Below are positions 49,701 through 60,416 of a stretch of DNA of 64,000 bases, piece by piece. The notes below the pieces were generated by a model that saw only the letters and a program-made list of their open reading frames with translations, was not told the DNA's origin and searched no databases. Source of the stretch: Macrostomum lignano (Eukaryota); NCBI GenBank assembly GCA_002269645.1, contig NIVC01000854.1, positions 365,183-429,182 on the forward strand. The letters run 5' to 3'. Positions within the stretch are counted from its first letter, which is position 1. Every line of letters begins with the position of its first letter. The position numbers and the translations under genes are program-made.

Positions 49701-52700
49701 AGGAAAACTAAAAGACTTTTTAAAAAGAAGCGTCATGTAAAAATCATAGAAGCGTCATATAAAAAATCATAGTAGCGTCATATAAAAATCATAGATGCGT
49801 CATTTAAAAAATCATAGATGCGTCATTTAAACAATCATAGAAGCGTCATGTAAAATATCATAGAAGCGTCATGTAAACCATCATAGAAGCGTCATGTAAA
49901 AAATCATAGAAGCGTCATGTAAACAATCATAGAAGCGTCATGTAAACAATCATAGATGCGTCATTTAAAAAATCATAGATGCGTCATTTAAACAATCATA
50001 GAAGCGTCATGTAAAATATCATAGAAGCGTCATGTAAAAAATCATAGAAGCGTCATGTAAAAAATCATAGAAGCGTCATGTAAACAATCATAGAAGCGTC
50101 ATGTAAACAATCATAGAAGCGTCATGTAAAAAATCATAGAAGCGTCATGTAAAAAATCATAGAAGCGTCATGTAAACAATCATAGAAGCGTCATGTAAAC
50201 AATCATAGAAGCGTCATGTAAACAATCATAGAAGCGTCATGTAAAAAAATCATAGAAGCGTCATGTAAACAATCATAGAAGCGTCATGTAAACAATCATA
50301 GAAGCGTTATTTAAAAAATCATAGGAGCGTCATGTAAAAATCATAGAAGCGTCATGTAAACAATCATAGAAGCGTCATGTAAACAATCATAGAAGCGTCA
50401 TGTAAACAATCATAGAAGCGTCATGTAAAAAATCATAGAAGCGTCATGTAAACAATCATAGAAGCGTCATGTAAACAATCATAGAAGCGTCATGTAAACA
50501 ATCATGGAAGCGTCATGTAAACAATCATAGAAGCGTCATGTAAAAAATCATAGAAGCGTCATGTAAAAAATCATAGAAGCGTCATGTAAAAAATCATAGA
50601 AGCGTTATGTAAACAATCATAGAAGCGTCATGTAAACAATCATAGAAGCGTCATGTAAACAATCATAGAAGCGTCATGTAAACAATCATAGAAGCGTCAT
50701 GTAAACAATGATAGAAGCGTCATGAAAAAATCATAGAAGCCTCATTTAAAAACTAATGAAAGTGTCATTTAAAAAATTAAGAAGCATCATGGTACAATAA
50801 AAGAAGCGTCATGTCAGACATGAAGGGTGTCATGTAAAAATTAAATGCAGCTATAATGCTGTGCTGGGGAGAAAAACTGAGACGTAAAGGCTCTCAGAGA
50901 ATAACTGAGATTACGGGGGGGGGGTTCTGAGATGTCAAAGCAAAAGTCAGAAGCTACTTCAAAGTTCATGTACTTTACTAAATTTTTTTATTGCATTCTT
51001 TGTTGGCTCGCCACGGGGGGGGGCGCTGATAGAAGAAAAGTCATGTAAAAAATAAAAGTAGCACTATGTATACATAAAAGAAAAGTCATGTCGAAGTTAA
51101 AAGATTCATTTGGGAATTGCTACGATGTCAAAGCTTGGAGGGAATCGTTATAGTGCTGTGATTCTTAAAGAAGGAATCACTAAAATGTCAAGGCTTAGGG
51201 GAGAAGAATTGCTGAGATTTCAAGGCTTTAGGTTGGGTTAAAGTTAGGTTTAGGTCAGGTGTGGGTTGAGGGTTATATTTTTATCGGGTTTCAAGGTTAA
51301 CAGAATAACAGGGGATTTTTTAGATTTCAAGGTTTATGGGGGCCATCGCTGACATGTCAAGGCTTACAGGGGGAATAGCTGAGATGTCAAGGCTCACGGG
51401 GTATAAATGAGATTTCAAGGCTAAAGTCAGAAGCTACATGTAGTTTATTGAAAACTTTTTATTACATTATTTGATGCCTCCTCAGGGGAGGGATCGCTGA
51501 TAAAAAAAGCGTAATGTAAAAAATAAAAGAAGCTTCATGTCGAAGTTAAGAGATTCATTTGGGAATCCCTACGATGTCGAGGCTTGCAGGGAATCGCTAT
51601 AATGCTGTAGTGCTATAATGACTCTTAGAGAGAATTACTGAAATTTCAATGCTTTAGGGTTAGGTTAGGGTTAGGGTTAGGGTTAGGGTTAGGGTTAGGG
51701 TAGGCTAGGGTTAGGGTTAGAAGGTTGACAGATATTTTTAGATTTCCAAGGCTTATTGGGGGCATTGCTGAGATGTCAAGGGGGGAAGTTGATATGTTAA
51801 AGCTTGTGGGGGGGAATTACTGACATGTCAAGGCTTACAAGGTTTGACAGGAGATTTTTTAAGATTTCAAGGATATATGTAGCTTATTAAAAAAATGTGT
51901 ATTGCATTTTTTGGCTCCCCAACGGGGGGCGTAGATTGCTAGTATAAACTGTGACAAAAAACTGAAAAGTATTTGGCACCTAGACCACCGCTTGAGACCT
52001 TGGATCTATTCCTGATTTCACAGGCAACGTGAAGCTTTTTAATTGAAGGTTAGAACCAGAGTGTTTACATAACTTCTCATCGCCAAACACAAACAGATAC
52101 CAATGGAGCCTTCAGCACAAGAACTCACCCTCGAGCGGGCCCTTCGCGACGCATTCGCCAAAGTGGCTGGTGCCGACCTGGAGGTTGATGCTTATGAGCT
52201 GCGCGATATTCTCAACATTGCCTTCATGAAAGGTTAGTGGACTGGATGTCGATAGACGCATTACTCTAAAAGAAACAAAAATCATTAAGTTTTTGTTATG
52301 ATTAAACCAGAGTTCAAATTCGACGGCTTCTGCCTCGAGACCTGCCGCTCGATGGTGGCTATGATGGACGCCGACCAGTCAGGGAAGCTGGGCTTCCAGG
52401 AGTTCAAGACGCTATGGAGCAGCCTGCGACTGTGGAAGACTGCTTTCAAAAAGTTTGACGAGGACAAGTCTGGTAATTTCAACAGCTACGAGTTGCGGCA
52501 GGCCTTGAAAACAGTCGGTGAGTGCTCACAGCAACTTCGCTTTAGTAATTTTTTTATGGAAGTTTGTCCCATAAAATATTTTCCCGCATTTTATCCACAC
52601 AAAATTATAATTATCGGCACGGGACCGTGGGGATAAGCACTTCTATTTTTTTATAGTGACATAATTGAGGAAACTATCTCAATCTGCACTCCAAGGCTAC

Positions 52701-52980
52701 CGAGTAAGCAACAAGATTTTCAACTGCCTGGTGATGCGTTACGCGAATCGCCAGGGCGTCATCGAGTTTGACGACTTCATCGTCTGCTGCGTACGACTGA
52801 AAACGGTCTTTGAGACGTTCAGCGCTCAGGAGAAGACAGCGGATGGCGTTAGCGCCCTGTTCTCTAAAGACAAGGTGAGAGAAAAGACGCTTTCTCAGGG
52901 AAACTTGCTTTCTTAATGCGCTTGTAAAAACTACAAATAACTTTAAATTGCAGTTTCTAAGCGCAGCGGCTTACGTTTGA
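28795..52980 (+). CDS. Classical calpain (CysPc protease core, C2-like/CBSW domain, penta-EF-hand), 12 coding exons, 721 aa
   Basis: Exons 28795-28962, 29824-29893, 34246-34411, 38583-38955, 39058-39120, 42317-42529, 43065-43426, 43585-43786, 52097-52232, 52311-52517, 52696-52874, 52954-52980. All GT-AG and phase-consistent, 2166 nt. Motifs FEDQDFPA, WKRP, QGKLGNCW (Cys), FWSALLEKAYAK, HAYSVT (His), RIRNPWG (Asn), GEFWM, NPQF, PSTY, EF hands DADQSGKLGFQEF and DEDKSGNFNSYE. Specific paralog not assignable. Confidence 0.93.
29600..29735. repeat. Imperfect 12-bp repeat (CTCATGATCTGA-like), calpain intron 1
   Basis: Read directly from the sequence. Confidence 0.7.
30395..33960. repeat. 16-bp satellite (AATCCAGATACTTCCC / AATCCAGAAAATTCCC), about 220 copies, calpain intron 2
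   Basis: Read directly; identical ORF translations are offset by 1456 bp (91 x 16). Confidence 0.97.
35157..38450. mobile_element. hAT-like non-autonomous element carrying a 20/21-bp satellite, calpain intron 3
   Basis: Left end cagtggcgtcgcca; 8-bp duplication AGTAAAGG at 35149-35156 and 38451-38458; G/C-run subterminal region on the right; the right TIR is not visible. Confidence 0.6.
35253..38320. repeat. Mixed 20/21-bp satellite (TTGGCGCACCAGGCACTCTC / TTGGCGCACCAGGCACTCATT), about 150 copies
   Basis: Read directly; identical ORF translations are offset by 1416 bp. Confidence 0.97.
39313..41483 (-). mobile_element. 2171-bp solo LTR, antisense in calpain intron 5
   Basis: Perfect 10-bp inverted ends TGATGTAACC...GGTTACATCA; 4-bp TSD CACT (39309-39312, 41484-41487); minus-strand TATTTAA 40546-40552, CCAAT 40602-40606, TGACGTCA 40619-40626, TGAGTCA 40630-40636. 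Confidence 0.85.
44576..46245. repeat. 48-bp satellite built from two 24-bp halves (AACCAAGGATTACTGCACTCGATA + AGCCAAGGATTATTGCTATTAATA)
   Basis: Read directly from the sequence. Confidence 0.95.
46645..47540. repeat. About 23-bp satellite (AATCATAGAAGCGTCATGTAAAC), array 1
   Basis: Read directly from the sequence. Confidence 0.95.
48481..48514 (+). repeat. Interstitial (TTAGGG)n tract
   Basis: Five full units plus ttag. Confidence 0.9.
49725..50745. repeat. About 23-bp satellite (AATCATAGAAGCGTCATGTAAAC), array 2
   Basis: Read directly from the sequence. Confidence 0.95.
51654..51720 (+). repeat. Interstitial (TTAGGG)n tract, imperfect
   Basis: About 11 units with variants. Confidence 0.9.
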
Positions 52981-53124
52981 TCAAAGCTCGATGATATCCA
53001 TTGAATCTGAAGCTTCAATCAACTTCGAGATGCACATAATTATTTTCTTCGCCACCTTTTTATTGCCAATTGACAAATTTGACATAGACAGCTGGTCTAG
53101 CTTATGTATCTATTAAAACATTTT

Positions 53125-53130
53125 AATAAA
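53125..53130 (+). terminator. Candidate polyadenylation signal of the calpain gene
   Basis: AATAAA 145 nt after the stop codon; position only, no transcript support. Confidence 0.4.
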
Positions 53131-55634
53131 CTAGTCTATTGAGCTCTTTGCAGAAAATTTTACATCCTCCTTGTTTCGTTTTCATTAAAAGTTTTATCAC
53201 CCTGTGTCAGGTAGAAAACCTGTATTTACATAACCGTAGGCTCAAGGACCACTAGGAACACTTCGTTCTAGTCTAGTAGTCCTTGCTTTAGGCTTCAAGT
53301 ACCAAAATATCTTTATCATGTTATCATGTAAGAAATGGCTTTTCATTCTGGTCCTGCTTACTAATATTTCTTTGTAAATTAAAAATTGCTCCTGCAGAAT
53401 TATTGACGCCTCGACGACAGAATACACTATTCGCGTAAAACATTAAAAATGTTCGTATAACTGACATACTGTTCGTAAATAAATATTATTTGATTTTCGA
53501 AAGTTATTATTTTCTCTGTAAATGTACTTATTTAATGGATTTGTCCATAGAGATTCTAACAAAAGTGCCTCAATTTAGTTATAACAGATTCAGTGTAGAG
53601 TGTAACTTTCATGATGGCATGTCAACTATACCTCTTACGTCTGGATGACACCGATTGAACACATGACTTAAAAAAATTGTAGCACATGCTAAAATTAAAT
53701 TCAAAATTTATCAAAATATCATATCATCCTATTGCGTAGGATAGCTAAAACGTGGTAATGGGTTCGTCACATTAGCTAAGTCTAAAGGGTTGTGCTAAAA
53801 AGATGGACCAGGGATTGGTAGTGCAATTCGACCTTGTTGGGGCCAACTCTCCAGGCAAGTCGGGTCCACTGTAGCTTGCTGAACACCCTGTGTAGGTTCA
53901 TGCCTGTGTACATGTACTTATCTGTCAGCGTGTGGGCTCAATGGTTAGCGAAATGAGCAAAACTACACCATTTCAACTTCGGATTCGTCTAAAGTGAGTT
54001 CAAATTCGTCAGAGTATGCAAAACAAAGGGAAAAGAACTAAAATGTCTATGGTAAAATTTTGTTAGTGATTTTGAATTCGTCTAAGTGAGTGGAATTCTT
54101 CAGTGCAGCAGGAGCATACTGTTCACAGTTAAAGCACAACAGCAACAGACCAAACAGAACAGGAAAACAGGCGTTTAAAATCTCAACATGTCCTATTGCA
54201 GGTCTTTGTAATAATCTGGCCTCTTTTGTCACGTCACTATTCCAATCTCTATGAAGTCGTCGTATATCCCGACTGACTGAATGCGTTGTCACAGTGAAGA
54301 TCAACCCTACCCTCTTCAACATATTTCTTGATGATGTCATTGCCAGTTGTCTTTTGGATATCCAGTTAAATCGCGAGTTGTCTGCTGGAAACATCGCACG
54401 AGTCTACCATGGGCATTCATTCTCTTCCGCTTGAGCGCTATATAGTTTTGCATACACTGACGAATTTGAACTCACTTTACTTGTCTCCTCACTGGCTGGG
54501 GAGTGGAATGGATTATCAATACATTCGACCTATAGCTCAGAAAGTGGAATCAAAGGTTATTTTCGAAAATTTCTCGAGAAATAATATATATTTTACAGGT
54601 GCTTCTAAATCTGCAGTGAAATTTTAAAGCTTTATGCAAGTCACGCTATCGATTGGGAGATTCTGTAAAAAACTTCTACCGGAAACTGCAAGACAAAGCT
54701 GCAAAGGAAATGTTGGGAAAGAGACAATTTCTTTACAAAACCAAAGCACGAAAGGCGTTGTATCAGTGAAACTTGTATTTATTCAAGGCAAGCAGATTGG
54801 ATTGACTTTGCGGAAACGAAGGCGGCGTTAAACCTGTTAGTCCCGTTAGCGTGGTTGGGTGAAAGCTTTTTCGTTGAAACAAAAGCGGCGGAAAAGTGTG
54901 GGGCAGAATATTTGACAGCCAGTGCATCTCTCACTTCTCTCCTGTCGCGCAAGTTAGCGATGCGGTAGCGACTGTGACGTCACGGAGTGAGGCAAGCCTG
55001 CTGGCCAGGATATGCTGAAACACTGGGGACAAATTGCACGAGAAATATTTTAAGTCTATCTTGTTAAGTAAGTAGTGACTTAGCTACAACTTTGTGTGTA
55101 GTCTGATGGTTGAATTTATGACGTATAAAAACTGTAACGTGCTGACGTGTTTGCAGGCCGTAAACTGCTTGTAATTTGCAAGGAACTTCAGGCGAGATTC
55201 AAAATTCAGAGTTTGTACGTTCGTCAGTTCTATGCGACCTCCGTTGAGAGCAAAGGCGAAAAATTATAAAGTTTAAAGTTATGATCGACGAGATTAATAA
55301 GTTCATTTCCCATTCATTTTTTATCAGATGGCGTGAGTGCATCGACATAACCGTAGCTTATGTCTTGCACTCGGCGATTCAATATGAAGCCTTTGTATAC
55401 TTAGTGCGCTTAAACTTCTGTCCTAAAGCTGACAAATCTTGATTGTTTCATCTTTCTCGATCTGCAGCTTAGCCAATCAGGACTTGCCGGTTGCCAAACT
55501 AAACATTTGCTTTCTTAGCTATAAGAAACTCCTGGCTTGATTGGCGAGGTGAAATACACCGGCAATTCTGGTTCAATCTCATAAACGTTGTAGTGATATA
55601 GTTGAAAGTTTTTGAATAAGCAAGAGCGGCACAA

Positions 55635-58600
55635 ATGATGTCAAGTGCTGTTATTTATTACCTACTGTGGTGGCTGGCTCACTACTGTGGTTCCCAAGTC
55701 TGCCTTGGCTACCGGTGGGACTACGTCAAAATCCCCGACTTCAAAGGCACAGAGTACATCTTCCGCTACCCGATTTCCGATGCCGACCCGCCGACGTTCA
55801 ACAGGTCCCTGCCGTACGCTACTTTCGCCTCCGACTGCTTGGCCCTGAAGGAGAACAACCACAGCATATTCGCTCCTCTCAACGACACTCGAGCCGTCGA
55901 CGCATTCAACAGTCTGATTACCGAAAAGTGAGCCTTTGCTGATTAAATTCTTGCAAAACCTTTCAACAGTTACATCTTCTGAACTATGAGTCCAAATGAA
56001 AGAGTGCTCGCTTAAACATTCCGCAACAAAAATTTCAGCGTTACACTCAGTCTCATCGTAGACGGCAAAGACCTGTGCACTAATTGGACCTATCAGCCTT
56101 ATTTTTACACAGGAGGAGACCCGGTGCCCCTTGCCTGGAACATGTTCGGTCCATCCTTCACCCCGCCAGCTGGGCAGTGGGACAATTCCTCTGTCGACGC
56201 GAAGTTTAACCTGATAGCCTTAAACCGATTCGAGAATAAGTTTCTGTACACAGCTGTGGACACAAGCGTCGAGTTGTATCCAGTCTGCGAGTATTTCCCT
56301 CAGCGTGAGTCGCATTCTGTTAAAAAATTCAATACTTGACACCTTCTAGCACTTTTATATAAGCAAGCTACTATCTTCAGGTAATGGCTCTGCAGAACCT
56401 TACATTGCCTGCAGTCCAGCAAGCCTGGTTGCTAGCTTGGACGGAGGACCGCTGGTGAATCAGAGCTTCTGCGTCCACTCCACCAAGCTAAAGTTTAAAG
56501 ACGAGTACCTGCAAGATGCCTACGAGCTGTTCTGCGAAGCCGGCAATGGCCGTCCGCGCAAGCGGAGAGCTTAGAGAAACGAGATAAATTATGGTTTGTT
56601 TACACTGTTAGAGAAAGTTTAGGAAGTTTTTGGAAAATTTTCCCCATTCTTTGTGATATCTAAGCTCGACTGTTGAATCTTTGTGCGTAGTCTTGAAATG
56701 TATATAAATCCTTATGCGAGCTAGCATAGCATACGGTAGTATAGTCTAATATAGTACCATATGATAGTATCTCTGCATCCTTGCAAAGACACAAGACCAG
56801 ACCCAAAGACTTGAGATCTTTACAAAGACCCCAAAACCAGCCCTCGATAATCCATCAACTTACTGCTAGCTAAAACTAGCTAAAACGCCTCATTGTGACT
56901 CCTCACCGTGTACCCATTGCATTCGGGATTAGGAAATTTCTGAATGATTCAATCATTCCGGGAACCTATGTGTTAAACGGAGGCCACCTGATGCTTGCGC
57001 TCATGTTCGACACCGGCATGACCAACTGGAGACGTCAGTCCTTCTGCCTTCCCGGGATCCCCTGCCGGTCTAGTCTCAGCAAAGAGATCCTTAGCCAAGA
57101 CAAGAGCAAGGGACTTGTCGTGAGATACATCTGGAAAGACTCGTTGCCCAAGGCGGTTAAGAGAAGCAATTACCACTCCAACGAGGGTGTACTCTGTACA
57201 GGTAAGCATCTTTGATTGGAAGCACTTCTCTGTAAAGAAATTTTCACATCTTTTTCCAAAGCCATCTTTCTATTGCTGGAAGGTTTACATATAGTGAGCG
57301 TTACAACGAATAACAAAAACAAACGCTAGTAAAATACATTCAAAGTGCCTCGCCCACGGGAAGAGAAGAGAGAAGTGAGGAGATAGAACAGCTACGCCAA
57401 CCTTGAGCGGGCGGGATTGCCATTGTGAAGTTATAAGGACCCGAGGGCCGGATTAGAGAGGCCTCGTGGGCTGGAGTTTGCCGACCCCTGCTTTATAACT
57501 TTGAAAGGCATTTGCATTATGAACTTCATCATAAATATTCCTTTTGTTGCCCCTCCCAACGTCACCAGTGTAAAACCAATTTCCAAGGAACGTTGTTCGA
57601 ACTGCATAGTTACGTGCCGATACGCTTACTGGGAGCATTAGGATGGACAACGTCTTCTGATACTTAATCTACTGACCCCTTGCTACGTGTAATCCAAAAT
57701 ATACTAACATCCCCAAAGTAGGAAACAAAAATGTCACTCCAGCTTATTTTGGGTCATCTGAGTTCTGAAGCATTATCCAATCGGTTCAGATCCTCAAAAA
57801 CTACCATGAGCAAGGGGAGACGAATTTATTGTTTCCAATAAAAATGTACTTTATGGGTATTTATTCTGAAATAGACAAACTTACTCTAGAGCTTTAAATT
57901 AAACTTATGAGCAAGTTAACTTACAATTAATTTCCACTTCAGCCATGACCTGCCCCAGTCCGCACACTGACAATCAGCTGACGGAGAGGCATCTCGTCTG
58001 CGCCTCCTGGAACAGTTCGCTCTCCGCTGCGGAGCTGCAGCTGAAGAAGCTGCCGTTTCACCAGATTGAATACACTTGCGCTCCGAACTTTGTGTTCGCT
58101 GGTTCTGAAAAAAACGGCAGCAGCATTGTGAGGCGATGCACCCAGGTACAGGTTCAGCTCGATTAAGCTGAGAATAACTCTAATTCACGTATGTTAAATT
58201 AATGACAAACAACCCTAAATGTTTAAAACAGACATAATGGAATCTCCTTAAATTAACTTTGCAAAAATCTTTGAAATTTTTCTTACATCCATATTCGTAA
58301 TTATTGATATATCAAAATAGTAACTCAAGTGACTCAATAATTCCGCCGCTCAGGACGCCGTGTGGGATATTGAAATGCCCCAATGCGTCTCGCTGCCGTG
58401 CACCCAGATGCCCGTCTACCCGAATGACACCGCAACTATCACCAGCTTCACCACAAAGGGCGTCACATACAACTACACTGACAGCCAGCTGCTGACGCAC
58501 CTCTTATCGAACGGAACATTCCGACCCGGGGACGAAATCCACATCTCCTGTGAATCCGGTCTCACAGGCTCCAGCCAGACCGCCTCCTGCATGCCTGGCG

Positions 58601-60416
58601 GCAGCTGGAGCCCCGTCACCATGGACTGCAGCCCCGGATACTGCGGCGGCGTCTCCGTCCCTCCGACCGTGGCCAACGCGCAGGCCAACGCCACCCTCGG
58701 AAACACCTCCTGGGAGGGCGCCAGCCTCGCCTTCACCTGCAACACAAACTACAGCGTCGGCGGTCTGCCCAACGGATCTGTCAGCTTCGTCATCAGCTGC
58801 ATCAACAGCAGCTGGACCTCGTTCACCCACCTGAACTGCCGACCGACCGCCTGCTCGAGTCTGCCGCCGGGACTGGGAAACTCCAGCCTGTACAGCTCGC
58901 TGAACCTCGAGCAGGAGCTGCAGACGGGTCTGCCGGCTTCCGGAGTGCAGGTCGACGACAGCCTCAGCTACGAGTGCCGGCCCGGCTTCGTTCGGACGAC
59001 GCAGAACCGGCGGTTGAGCATCTTCTGCAGGCTGGGAGACCGCTGGGAGCCGGACGTTCCCGGTCCGTGCGAGCTGCTCAACTGCTCACAGCCGGATGCC
59101 GTCGTGCTGCAGCCTCAGGCCGCTCGCATGACCGTCATCAATGCATCGTTCAACTTTGCTAACAGCTCGCACCTGCCCTACACAAGTTTGGTGCGGCTGA
59201 GCTGCGAGGAGCCGTACTTTGCCATGCCGGGCAGCAGCGAGCTGGCCGTGTGCGGACTGTCAGACGGAGATCCGCCTGCGGCAGTGTGGCGCAGCGTCGG
59301 CTCAAATGTGGCCTTCAGCTGCCGCAGTAAGCAGCTTGTCATCATTGCTTCTAATCCGAAACTTGGAGTGGTGGCTTGCAAAAGAATGCACACCAATCTG
59401 GGAAACCTCGTTCTAGATACCGGTATACAATTTTTTTATTGAACTGCCGTCTTTTTCAATAGCAAGCCATCTTCTAATCTTTTTTAGAGCACTGCAACAA
59501 CAGTCTCTTAGCGCAGCTGGTGGGATTCGGACTGGTCGACTTCGCCACCAGCTCCTACACGGATCCCGACCGAGTGGCCAACGTCACCTGCCTTTCGAGC
59601 GCATTCGCTCCGCTGGCGGCGAACTTCAGTCTACAGAGCGACTCGCAGTTCCTCCTACAGGCGGTCTGCACCGCCGGTGACTGGACGGTGCTCAACCAGC
59701 TGCTGCTGCCGACATCGGAGACTCTGTGCCAGCCCAAGCCCTGTCTGTTGCCTACCAACCTGACTCGATCTACAGCCGTGCCAGCAACAACTTGGGAAAC
59801 GTGACTACGGGAGACGGTCAGGTGTACCTGCCAGTGAACAGCACCGTGGAAGTGAGGTGCTGGCCCAACAGCCGGTTTGTAGATGCGTACGCGAGCTCAC
59901 GGATGGCGGCATGCGAAAAAGGTTTTTAAAATCATAAATCGTATATGTTTACAGGAAGATTATATATAAAATTATGTTTACCACTGAAATTCCCTCAGGC
60001 TTTTCCTGGATAAAAAAGACCTCAAACTTTGTTTATAAAAACATTTTGCATAGAAATTGTTTGTTTACAGCGAGATGACTGCGTAACATAGTGACAGTCT
60101 GAAGTGCAGCTATGGGAGCCACCAATTTAATTTTTTCAATCCAGGCCCTCAGTGGACTGCCGGCGCATCCATGGACTGCCAGCCGGTCACCTGTTCAGAA
60201 GACCACTTCGGTCCCGGAATCGATCCCAGCGTGCTGGCCGGTCCTCTGAACGCCTCCACATTGGCAGTGGCTGCAGCCGGTCCGTTTCTCGTCGGAGACC
60301 AGGTGGCCTTCGTGTGCCGGGAGAATGTGTCTTCTGGCTCAGTTTTTTCAGCTGTCTGTCTGAACAGAACTTCACAGCGGCTTGGCGACCGGACAAAGCG
60401 CAGCCCTACTGTCCAG
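55635..60416 (+). pseudogene. Paralog C of the lectin-like/CCP gene, with three 1-nt deletions (pseudogene or assembly error)
   Basis: Exons 55635-55927, 56039-56304, 56381-56593, 56933-57201, 57943-58145, 58354-59326, 59488-59921, 60145-60416. Exons 3, 7 and 8 are each 1 nt short of phase (213, 434, 272 nt); premature TAG at 56572-56574. Gene identity is secure; pseudogene status is not. Confidence 0.6.

Larger units (their letters stand above)
49095..51942 (+). mobile_element. Non-autonomous Helitron, unit 2, head-to-tail with unit 1
   Basis: Starts TCCAATATACTAAAAATG immediately after the unit-1 CTAG; about 500 bp homologous to the unit-1 5' part; ends with hairpin gctcccc-aac-ggggggc (51914-51930), CTAG (51939-51942), then T. 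Confidence 0.82.

Noticed and set aside
30395-50745. CRISPR-like regularity
   Set aside because: Units are contiguous with no unique spacers, there are no cas genes, and the context is eukaryotic introns.
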